From Candidatus Moraniibacteriota bacterium (lineage in GTDB: Bacteria; Patescibacteriota; Minisyncoccia; Moranbacterales; DUUL01): 64,000 nt of DNA. Below, piece after piece: positions 1-8,048 of the stretch. The notes beneath the pieces are model-generated. The model saw nothing but the letters and a program-made list of their open reading frames with translations. It was not told where the DNA came from and searched no databases. Position 1 is the stretch's first letter, and each line of letters begins with the position of its first letter. Made by a program: the position numbers and the translations under genes. The stretch is taken from assembly GCA_027008775.1 (NCBI GenBank), contig JALVDV010000001.1, positions 3,889-67,888 of the forward strand, written 5' to 3'.

Positions 1-4
1 AAAA

Positions 5-868
5 GTGCAAAAATTTTGTTGGTACATCCGCCGCGGAAAAATAGATAAATTAAAGCAATTACTTGACGAAGGAGTTGATATTAATACCAAGGGATCTAAT
101 GGATTAACTCCCTTAATTTGGTTAATATATTACAACTTCAAAACAAAAAAAATATTAAGGAGCTTAAAATTTTTACTTGAAAATGGAGCTGATCCGTTTG
201 TAGAATTTGAAAAAATGTATGATTACAATTTTGTTCAATTAGCTTCGGCTATTAAATCACCGGAGTATTTAAAGATTTTTTTAGAAGTTTATAAACCGAC
301 AGTAAGAGAATTAGATAAACATAAAAATAGTTACAATTCTCCAGCAATAACTCAAACAATTTTTTATGATCGTTTAATTCAATTTAAAATGTTGTTGGGA
401 TATGGTGTAAATGTAAATTTTAAAAATAGTATTACCGGCAGGAACATTCTCAACAATAATGGTCACCACTGGAAATATGCCTATCGCCTTTTAAAAGCTG
501 GTGCAGACTGGTCGAATGTCAGCAAAAGTCATCGTAAATCAGAATCTGTGAAACCAGAGGATCGTAATCGCCCGGACTATTTATGTTTTATTGAGTCCAT
601 CAAACATCCTTCTTATGTTGTTGCTAAAAACAAAGGAGTTGATTATTTTCAAAAGGTAGTTTCCTTTTTAAGAAAACATGGCGCAAAATTCAAATTAAAT
701 CTTGATCCAAAGGAAAAATATCAAAAAATAAATGGGGAAGAAGTTTTGTTTTTTAAAGAAGACGGTAAGTGGCAAGAATACACAAAAACCAAACAATACA
801 AAAAAGATCTCAAAACATTTAGGCCAAGTATACTAGAGAGAATCGCGGAAAAAATTAACCAATTTTGA
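5..868 (+). CDS. Ankyrin-repeat protein, probable toxin immunity protein (5' end cut by window edge)
   Basis: Ankyrin motifs (LLDEGVDINTKGSNGLTPL, LLENGADP, LLGYGVNVN, LLKAGAD); colinear paralog of 2658..3665 (YKPTxxEL, GxDYxQKVV, GKWxEYxKT) but missing its N-terminal ~40 aa. Confidence 0.8.
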   Translation: MQKFCWYIRRGKIDKLKQLLDEGVDINTKGSNGLTPLIWLIYYNFKTKKILRSLKFLLENGADPFVEFEKMYDYNFVQLASAIKSPEYLKIFLEVYKPTVRELDKHKNSYNSPAITQTIFYDRLIQFKMLLGYGVNVNFKNSITGRNILNNNGHHWKYAYRLLKAGADWSNVSKSHRKSESVKPEDRNRPDYLCFIESIKHPSYVVAKNKGVDYFQKVVSFLRKHGAKFKLNLDPKEKYQKINGEEVLFFKEDGKWQEYTKTKQYKKDLKTFRPSILERIAEKINQF

Positions 869-1122
869 CAAACAAAATAATGAAACTATTCAAGAAAGTG
901 TATCAAAATATTAAGAGCAATCAAGAATTTGTACAGCAATTAGAGGGTTTTTCTTTGGGTTGGTTTATTTATGCAGGACTAGGGTCTGTTTTTGTGGCTA
1001 CGAGAATTTGTATGATGTTGGAAGATGATATTCATTGGAAATTGTTTCTGGAAAGCACTTTGGTGATATTTACGACATTGGTGATTTTAAAACTAGCATT
1101 TCAAAAACAATCGAGAGAATAA
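865..1122 (+). CDS. Small membrane protein with two hydrophobic segments (start may be ATG 880)
   Basis: Overlaps the upstream stop; two predicted TM stretches; same position relative to the ankyrin gene as 3682..3939. Confidence 0.6.
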   Translation: MTNKIMKLFKKVYQNIKSNQEFVQQLEGFSLGWFIYAGLGSVFVATRICMMLEDDIHWKLFLESTLVIFTTLVILKLAFQKQSRE

Positions 1123-1177
1123 ATTAACAAAAAAATAAAGAGATACAGAGGGCTCATTCTCAGATTTTTCTTGGAAG

Positions 1178-1291
1178 TTTTTTAGAGGTAATTTTCAGAA
1201 GCCTTGCCTGCCTATTCGACAAGCAAACTCCTTAAAAAATTCTTTAAAAAATTCCAAAAAAAATCAAGATGGTTATTCCAAAACCAAACCT
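1178..1291 (+). repeat. Cassette-boundary homology box, copy 1
   Basis: Shares TATTCCAAAACCAAACCT (1274-1291) exactly, plus AATTTTC.AGAAGC and AATTC.TTAAAAAA blocks, with 3981-4061. Confidence 0.7.
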
Positions 1292-1297
1292 GTTTAC

Positions 1298-2641
1298 TTG
1301 GGTTACAATTCAACCAGTCAAAGTCAATTCAGTCAATCCAATTACTGTTCCACTCAACCAACCAAAACCACTTGGTACCGCAAACTCCTTGGCTCTACTA
1401 CCTACGCTTCCACCCTAACTCCTGCCAACCCCTACAAACCAAAGAAAACTTGGTGGAGCAGAGTTAAGGATTGGGGAAGAAGTGCTTGGAATAATTTCAA
1501 AACACATCCAAACAGAACCGTTCTAAATCATGCTTGGAATATAGCCAAACGACTCCCACCAATAGCTATCGGAAGAGGAATTGGTTGGCTTGGTAAAAGA
1601 TGGTATAATGAATTTAAAGAACAAGATTCCAGGGAGCATAAAATTAGATATGCTTTAGATCAGACCGGCGACACTCTAGGAATGATTTCCGGAGGACTTT
1701 ATTTAACCGGCATTGGTACTCCGGCAGCACTAGCTCTTGATGTAGTTGGAGGAGTTCTTGATTTTGGTGCGGCTGTTATGTACGCCAAAGATAAAAATTG
1801 GAAGTTAGCCGGCTGGAAAACTTTATCAATTATTCCGGGAATAGGAAGCGCTACAGCTTTTGTCAGACAAGGTTTTAAAGCCGGAAAAATAGGAGTAACC
1901 GTTACAAAAGAAACCAAAGCTCTTGCTGAAGCTAGGGAATTTTATGCGCCTTTTGCCAAAGTTTCAAGACACATTGTTAAAGCCAGAGAGGCCGGACGGT
2001 CATTAAAATCATTTAAAGAGATTCCTGATGGATTTGGAGTAGTTAATGATGCTGGGATAGCTAAAAGTATTGGACTTAGTGAGTGGAGAAAAGTAAATAA
2101 ATATTTAAATAGGTCTAAGTCGGTATTATTCCACAACCCCAAAACAAAACAAACCATTCTATCTCCGGCTGGGACAAATCCTTCAAGCATTAAAGATTGG
2201 ACTGCTAACATAATGAACTGGGCGGGATTTAAATCTCCCCAACATGATGCTGCTATAAAATTAGCCAACCTCATTCAAAATCAAGAGGATTTCCTAAAAG
2301 CTTTAAAAATTGCCGGGCACTCTAAAGGAGGGGGAATAGGTAGGTTGATTGGAAAGATTACCGGAGTGGATACATATATTTTTAATCCGGCGGGACTAAG
2401 GAATGCGGTTCTAAAAAAGGCCAAGGTGCATGGTGTTAGCGAAAAAAATATTTATGCCTATGTAAATAAATGGGACGCTCTCAATGCCACTCAAATCAGA
2501 GTAGACAGTTTATTCAGTAGAATATCACCAAATCCGGCTAATAAGGTTATTATTTTTGGAGAAGAGATGCCTAGAACATTTACTATTCAGGCCAAAATAG
2601 CCCAGCTTTTAAAGGGAATAGTTGCTCATGGCAAATTCTAA
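1298..2641 (+). CDS. Putative polymorphic toxin: pre-toxin region plus C-terminal alpha/beta-hydrolase lipase/phospholipase (PhlA/YplA-like); true start uncertain
   Basis: Nucleophile elbow AGHSKGGG, AGT..DW..N and FNPAGL motifs; glycine-rich pre-toxin-like segment ALDVVGGVLD..AAVMYAKDKNWKLAG..LSIIPGIG; followed by an ankyrin gene. Confidence 0.75.
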   Translation: MGYNSTSQSQFSQSNYCSTQPTKTTWYRKLLGSTTYASTLTPANPYKPKKTWWSRVKDWGRSAWNNFKTHPNRTVLNHAWNIAKRLPPIAIGRGIGWLGKRWYNEFKEQDSREHKIRYALDQTGDTLGMISGGLYLTGIGTPAALALDVVGGVLDFGAAVMYAKDKNWKLAGWKTLSIIPGIGSATAFVRQGFKAGKIGVTVTKETKALAEAREFYAPFAKVSRHIVKAREAGRSLKSFKEIPDGFGVVNDAGIAKSIGLSEWRKVNKYLNRSKSVLFHNPKTKQTILSPAGTNPSSIKDWTANIMNWAGFKSPQHDAAIKLANLIQNQEDFLKALKIAGHSKGGGIGRLIGKITGVDTYIFNPAGLRNAVLKKAKVHGVSEKNIYAYVNKWDALNATQIRVDSLFSRISPNPANKVIIFGEEMPRTFTIQAKIAQLLKGIVAHGKF

Positions 2642-2657
2642 CAATTAACCAAAAAAC

Positions 2658-3665
2658 ATGTTTAAGTTTATCATATATATTATTCTAACAATTCTAATAT
2701 TCTGGACAATCAAAGCTGTTTACAGAATTTTTAGAGTTATTCGCTCTCCAAAAAGATGGTTCCCTGACAATAAATTAATGCAGGATTTTATGAAAGCTGT
2801 CCGAAAAGGACAAACTGAAAAAATGGATGAATTAATTAAACAAGGAGCGGATATTAATTACCAAGGAAAAGACGGAATGACTCCTCTAATGTGGTTATTG
2901 GTTTCATCAACTCATAACAGAGCCAATAAAAGAGCTTTTGTTCATCTGCTTAAAAAGAAAGATATTGATTTGACTTTGGATTTGAAGACGAGAATATTTA
3001 GTAGAGTTGCATACAATGTATTGCAAATAGCCGGTATGGCTAAAGACAGTGAATGGTTGAAAATGATTTTAAAATATTACAAACCAACTAAAGAAGAATT
3101 GAATGTTGATAAAAATGCAACGACTGTACTTGAAGAAATTGCCTCTGTCCGCAATCTCAAAAATTTCAAAACTCTTTTGGATTACGGGATTGATGTGAAT
3201 TATACCAACGAAAGCGGAAAAAATTATATTAACCTTATCAACACCGGCGGAGATAGCTGGCCTTTTGTCTATTATTTACTTAAAGCGGGAGTCGATCCTT
3301 TTAATCGTATTGGTAAGTTTGGTGATTCCAAAAAAGAAAAACCATATTTATTTTGGTATATTGAGGATGACCCTGGTGATAGTCCGGCAAATATTATTGC
3401 CTGTTGTAACGGCATAGATTATCGCCAAAAGGTTGTTGACTACTTAGAAAAAGAGAAAGGAATTAAATTAAAACCTTGGATGCCAAAAAATCAAAAATAT
3501 GTTGAGAAAAATGGACAGAAAGTTTTAATGATTAAAACAAAAAAAGGAAAATGGAAGGAGTACAAAAAAACCTTTGATTACTTTTATAGCCGTTACTGGA
3601 TTTGCGCCGAACCAATCAGAAAACTTTTCAGGAAAATATGGAACACGGTTTATATTGGAATTTAA
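2658..3665 (+). CDS. Ankyrin-repeat protein with N-terminal membrane anchor, probable cognate immunity protein (PhlB/YplB-like)
   Basis: N-terminal TM; ankyrin motifs LIKQGADINYQGKDGMTPL, LLDYGIDVN, LLKAGVDP; 16 nt downstream of the lipase. Confidence 0.8.
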   Translation: MFKFIIYIILTILIFWTIKAVYRIFRVIRSPKRWFPDNKLMQDFMKAVRKGQTEKMDELIKQGADINYQGKDGMTPLMWLLVSSTHNRANKRAFVHLLKKKDIDLTLDLKTRIFSRVAYNVLQIAGMAKDSEWLKMILKYYKPTKEELNVDKNATTVLEEIASVRNLKNFKTLLDYGIDVNYTNESGKNYINLINTGGDSWPFVYYLLKAGVDPFNRIGKFGDSKKEKPYLFWYIEDDPGDSPANIIACCNGIDYRQKVVDYLEKEKGIKLKPWMPKNQKYVEKNGQKVLMIKTKKGKWKEYKKTFDYFYSRYWICAEPIRKLFRKIWNTVYIGI

Positions 3666-3681
3666 ACATTAAATTGTAGAT

Positions 3682-3939
3682 ATGAATCCATTCAAATCTA
3701 TATACGAAGTTAAGAAAAGAGAGGCGGAAATAAAACAAGGGAAACATGGTTTATTGCCAAAATATGTAGCGCTTGGTTTTTTCCTGTTACTATATGGTTG
3801 CAGAGCATTCTTTATGCCATACAAAGAATGGATGCGACCGATAGTTTTTCTGTTTGCAGTGATATTTATTATTAGCTTGGTGCGGGATTTAAAAAATTAC
3901 CGAAAATCATCAAAGACCCCAACCAACAAAAATGCCTAG
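3682..3939 (+). CDS. Small membrane protein with two TM segments
   Basis: ATG start, two hydrophobic stretches, positional counterpart of 865..1122. Confidence 0.65.
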   Translation: MNPFKSIYEVKKREAEIKQGKHGLLPKYVALGFFLLLYGCRAFFMPYKEWMRPIVFLFAVIFIISLVRDLKNYRKSSKTPTNKNA

Positions 3940-3980
3940 ACAAAATCTGCCTATTTGGCGGATAAATTTTTGAACTTTTG

Positions 3981-4061
3981 TTTTTCCAGGATAATTTTCT
4001 AGAAGCTAGGTTTTTGAAGAATTCCTTAAAAAACCCAAAAAAATATTCCAAAACCAAACCT
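3981..4061 (+). repeat. Cassette-boundary homology box, copy 2 (remnant of toxin N-terminal coding sequence)
   Basis: TATTCCAAAACCAAACCT at 4044-4061 is identical to 1274-1291; translates LKNSLKNPKKYSKTKP versus LKNSLKNSKKNQDGYSKTKP in the toxin frame. Confidence 0.7.
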
Positions 4062-4116
4062 TGCCACCCAATTGGAAAAAATCTTCCTTCTTAAACTCGG
4101 AATATAGCCGATCAAT

Positions 4117-4144
4117 TTGACAAAACTCTTAAAAAAGTTATACT
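4117..4144 (+). promoter_or_regulatory. Sigma70-type promoter
   Basis: TTGACA-16 nt-TATACT upstream of the 4202 ORF. Confidence 0.65.
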
Positions 4145-4201
4145 GAACCACTTGCTGATGATTTTGTTTGGCAGATAAGATTAAATTGGAGAAAAAGAAA
4201 T

Positions 4202-5485
4202 ATGCTCAAAAATATCATAAAAAAGTTGAGGGATCGTTACCAAACGCTGCTTATTTTCATGCTGGCCGGTTTAATGCTTGGTTTCATTGCCGGCAATTTT
4301 ATTTTTCCCAAATTTGCCGTTGAGGATGAATTACTAATCGTTCCCGGTTCGGTCAAGAGTGATTATTGGCAGAGTAATGATTTTATCAAAAATTGGCGAC
4401 GAATTATTCTCAGCCCTCATTTTTTGCGAGAAACAAATAAACTGGGAGAAAAAAATTCCTTACCTCTGAAAGTGAGAAAAGAAGACTTGGAAATAAAACA
4501 CTTTGCCGGAACAGACATTATTCGTTTGCGAATCAAAGCTGATTCTCCTTTAATCGCTCGCGCTCAGGCTGAACTGTTGCGTCAATCAATTTCGCAAAAC
4601 TTGGGACACTATTACCCCCAAGGAGAAAAATTGAAAATCATAAGTTTGCGAAAAAACCAGTTAATAAATTACACTGCTGAGATATTTTTTACCTCGTTTT
4701 TAACAGCTTTGTTATTCTTTATCCTGGGTTGGTATTTAATCTGGCAAAAAGACCTTGATTTAAAAATTTTTCCTCCTCGTCAAAAAAACTATCAAAATAT
4801 CGTTAAGGAAAAAATAAGACAAGAGTTAACTCCTTTACAGACAAAAGGTGTTAAAAAAAATAATGTTATCCTAGATGAAGTAAAACAAGATCTCAAAAAA
4901 GAAATAAAATTTAATCAGGCCGATGTGGATCCGACAACTAAAGTTATTGCCGTTAGTCGGCCAGCCACAGCCGAAAAATATCCCTCTGAAAAATCAGAGA
5001 CTGATAAAATATCGCAAACGGAAGATGTCAAACCAGCTAGAGCAGAAGGTGATGTGCCGGAGAATTTGCCAATTTTTGTTGACCAAGAAATGGAAAACGA
5101 TTATCTGCAAAAAGAATCAAGCAAAAAATCCGTTGAGAAAAAAAAGACTGAAACAGGAAATAAACGCTCCCAACGACAAGTCAAAGATAAAATAGCCGAA
5201 CTGATTAAACAGGAAATCGCCGACAATAAGTTTTATTTGCAACAAGAAGAAAAAAAGACAAGTTTGTCTTCTTTGACTACAGAAGAAGAATCTCAAAAAC
5301 CTATCCCGGAAAAATCCAAAAAAGAAAAGTCGGAAAACAATAAGCAAGCGACTCAAAAAACCGCTATCGCCTCTACGGAAACTAAAGAAAAAACCGAAAA
5401 CAACAAAAAAGAAACAACTTCTGTTGCCAAAGAGACGGAAAAAATCAAAGAGAGACTAAACAAACTTTTGCAGGGAGAACTCTGA
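4202..5485 (+). CDS. Membrane protein, Wzz/CpsC-like two-TM N-terminal domain with long charged disordered tail
   Basis: Two TM segments around an extracytoplasmic loop (GTDIIRLRIKADSP..A); K/E-rich C-terminus. Confidence 0.5.
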   Translation: MLKNIIKKLRDRYQTLLIFMLAGLMLGFIAGNFIFPKFAVEDELLIVPGSVKSDYWQSNDFIKNWRRIILSPHFLRETNKLGEKNSLPLKVRKEDLEIKHFAGTDIIRLRIKADSPLIARAQAELLRQSISQNLGHYYPQGEKLKIISLRKNQLINYTAEIFFTSFLTALLFFILGWYLIWQKDLDLKIFPPRQKNYQNIVKEKIRQELTPLQTKGVKKNNVILDEVKQDLKKEIKFNQADVDPTTKVIAVSRPATAEKYPSEKSETDKISQTEDVKPARAEGDVPENLPIFVDQEMENDYLQKESSKKSVEKKKTETGNKRSQRQVKDKIAELIKQEIADNKFYLQQEEKKTSLSSLTTEEESQKPIPEKSKKEKSENNKQATQKTAIASTETKEKTENNKKETTSVAKETEKIKERLNKLLQGEL

Positions 5486-5576
5486 TTTTACAAAAGCCGT
5501 CTTTTAGTGTTTAATGGGGAGAAGGAGCGTTACAGTTGGGGAAGCGGGATGACTAAACAAACTCAAAACGAAAAAA

Positions 5577-6632
5577 ATGTTTAAAAAAATATCCGATAGA
5601 TTTAGCAAAGACATCGGCATAGATTTGGGCACGGCCAATACCTTGGTTTATGTTAAAAATCAAGGTGTCGTCATTAATGAACCTTCAGTGGTGGCCGTTA
5701 ACAAAAAAACCGGTCAAATTTTAGCCATTGGCAAAGAAGCGCAAAAAATGGTCGGTAAAACGCCGGCCCACATTGTGGTTAGTCGGCCTCTGGTGGATGG
5801 CGTCGTTTCTGATTTTGAGATCACCGAGCAGATGTTGAAATATTTTATGGAAAAAGTGATGTCCAAATCGTTTTCGTTCTTAAATCGACCTCGTGTTATC
5901 ATTGGCATTCCTTCCGGAGTAACAGAAGTGGAAAGACGAGCGGTTATTGATGCGGCCATTAACGCCGGCGCTCGTCAAGCCTACCTTATAGATGAACCGA
6001 TGGCGGCCGCCATTGGCGCTCGTTTACCGGTACAAGAACCGGCCGGCAATATGATTGTAGATATTGGCGGGGGAACCACCGAAGTAGCAGTCATCTCTTT
6101 GGGAGGTGTGGTAACCAGTCGTAGTTTACGGCGAGCCGGCGATAAAATGAACGAAGACATCATAAATTACACTCGCGACAAATTCAATCTCCTCTTGGGA
6201 GAACGATCGGCGGAAAAAATTAAAATCGCCATCGGTAATGCCTACAAACTGGAAAACTCGGAAGAAAAAGAATTGCCAATTCGTGGGCGCGACCTCATCA
6301 GCGGTTTACCCAAGGAAGTCTATGTCAACAAAGCTTATGTCAGAAGAGCTATTTCCAAGTCATTAAAAATCATAATCAACAATATCAAAGCGGCTGTGGA
6401 AGAGACTCCACCGGAATTGATTGGCGATATTATGCAAAGAGGGATCGTTCTAGCCGGTGGCGGAGGACTGATAGAAGGGTTAGACAAACTGATTGCTGAA
6501 CAGACCGAGATGCCCGTCCAAAAAATGGAGGATCCTTTAACAGCCGTCGTACGAGGCATAGGAATTGTTTTGGAGGACTTGGAAACATTGAAGGATGTTC
6601 TTTTGGAAACGGAAGAAATGAAAATAAAATAA
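5577..6632 (+). CDS. mreB: Rod shape-determining protein MreB
   Basis: DIGIDLGTANT, EPMAAAIGA, DIGGGTTEVA motifs. Confidence 0.97.
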   Translation: MFKKISDRFSKDIGIDLGTANTLVYVKNQGVVINEPSVVAVNKKTGQILAIGKEAQKMVGKTPAHIVVSRPLVDGVVSDFEITEQMLKYFMEKVMSKSFSFLNRPRVIIGIPSGVTEVERRAVIDAAINAGARQAYLIDEPMAAAIGARLPVQEPAGNMIVDIGGGTTEVAVISLGGVVTSRSLRRAGDKMNEDIINYTRDKFNLLLGERSAEKIKIAIGNAYKLENSEEKELPIRGRDLISGLPKEVYVNKAYVRRAISKSLKIIINNIKAAVEETPPELIGDIMQRGIVLAGGGGLIEGLDKLIAEQTEMPVQKMEDPLTAVVRGIGIVLEDLETLKDVLLETEEMKIK

Positions 6633-6705
6633 AAATTTTCTGCCAAGAGAATTCTTTTCAATTTCAGTTTTGATTTTTCAAAAAACTCTCTAAAAGACAA
6701 CGACC

Positions 6706-7497
6706 ATGAAAAAAAATCAGAACCTCTCTTTACTTGCGCTAATTTCATTATTTGTTCTCCTTTTTCTGCTGCCTGGTCAATTTAGTCAAACGCTACGTAA
6801 CAAGACCAGTTATCTGACAAAACCAATCATGCAAGTTTTCGCCGGCGGCGGGCACTTCATCAAAGATAAAATAAATCTATTTAGGGAAATAGGTCGCCTG
6901 AAAAAAGAAAATCAATTTTTGGCGCAAGAAAACATAGAATTGCGGGGGAAATTGGCCAAGTTACAAGAAGTGGAAAAAGAAAATGAAATATTTCATAAAG
7001 AACTAAAACTGGCTCCCCGTCAAAAATATAAACTGGAACCGGCCTTGATTGTCGGTCAGCAAGGAGAAAGGCTTTCCAAAAATCTTTATATCAACAAAGG
7101 CAGACGTGACGGTCTCAAAGAAAATATGGCTGTCCTGGTCGGCAAGGGCGCCCTGATTGGTAAACTGGTGGCCGTAGAAGATAAAATTTCCAAACTGCAA
7201 CTAATTACCGACAATAACTTTAGGGTCAACGGTAAAATTGTGGAAAGTGGAGGACAGGGAGTTGTCAGCGGTGAATATGGCACTTCGGTGGTTATGAAAA
7301 TGATTCCACAAACTGTTGAAGTTAAGAAAGGTTACACAGTTGTAACTTCCGAGTTGAGCGACTCTTTGCCGCCCAACTTACTCATCGGCTACGTTGAGGA
7401 GGTCAACCCCACCCCCGACCAATTATTTCAAGAGGCGATTATTATCCCTCCCAGAGATTTAAATGATTTATATTTAGTTTGGGTAGTTAAAGAATAA
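6706..7497 (+). CDS. mreC: Rod shape-determining protein MreC
   Basis: N-terminal TM, coiled coil LKKEN..L, INKG..DG, VVTS..LP..LLIG; follows mreB. Confidence 0.92.
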   Translation: MKKNQNLSLLALISLFVLLFLLPGQFSQTLRNKTSYLTKPIMQVFAGGGHFIKDKINLFREIGRLKKENQFLAQENIELRGKLAKLQEVEKENEIFHKELKLAPRQKYKLEPALIVGQQGERLSKNLYINKGRRDGLKENMAVLVGKGALIGKLVAVEDKISKLQLITDNNFRVNGKIVESGGQGVVSGEYGTSVVMKMIPQTVEVKKGYTVVTSELSDSLPPNLLIGYVEEVNPTPDQLFQEAIIIPPRDLNDLYLVWVVKE

Positions 7498-7502
7498 GGA
7501 AT

Positions 7503-8036
7503 ATGTTTACAGATACCATCAGTCATTCCCTCAAAGGAAAAATATTACTTTATATCGTTTTTTTCTTTTTGGATTTTTCTTTTTTGTCGGCGCTTCTGCC
7601 GGAAAGTTTATTCTTTCCTTATTTCTCCCTCAGTTTACTGATCGTACTATTTATTAAAAAGGGAACTTTTACCGACCGACAACTGCTTGGTTTTCATTTA
7701 CTGACCACCTTTCTCTACCTATATTTTCTTTTTCCTCTGCCTTTCTTCTCTGTCTTGATTTTAACGGGAATTTTCTATTTTTTTGCCAAGATTATGCATA
7801 TTTTTTTCCTAGACGAAAAAACCGGAAAATTTGGAAATTTTTTTTACTATTTTTTCTTTTTCATTGTTTTTTACTTGATTATCCATCTGGCTCTCTTTCT
7901 GACGCAAAAAAATGCTTGGAGTTTGCTTTTTATCTGGCAAGACAAATTCTTTTCGGAAAAAATTTTACTGGGGGCAACTACAGCTATTCTCGCTTCACAT
8001 TTTCTTCAGAAAATCAAAATAACCGGTAAAAGTTAA
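7503..8036 (+). CDS. Polytopic membrane protein in the MreD position
   Basis: Highly hydrophobic; lies between mreC and PBP2; no recognisable motif. Confidence 0.55.
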   Translation: MFTDTISHSLKGKILLYIVFFFLDFSFLSALLPESLFFPYFSLSLLIVLFIKKGTFTDRQLLGFHLLTTFLYLYFLFPLPFFSVLILTGIFYFFAKIMHIFFLDEKTGKFGNFFYYFFFFIVFYLIIHLALFLTQKNAWSLLFIWQDKFFSEKILLGATTAILASHFLQKIKITGKS

Positions 8037-8048
8037 ATCTCAAACTAA

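Noticed and set aside
1204-1467. 87-aa ORF overlapping the toxin 5' end
   Set aside because: Alternative frame of a low-complexity C/A-rich region, TTG start, no motif
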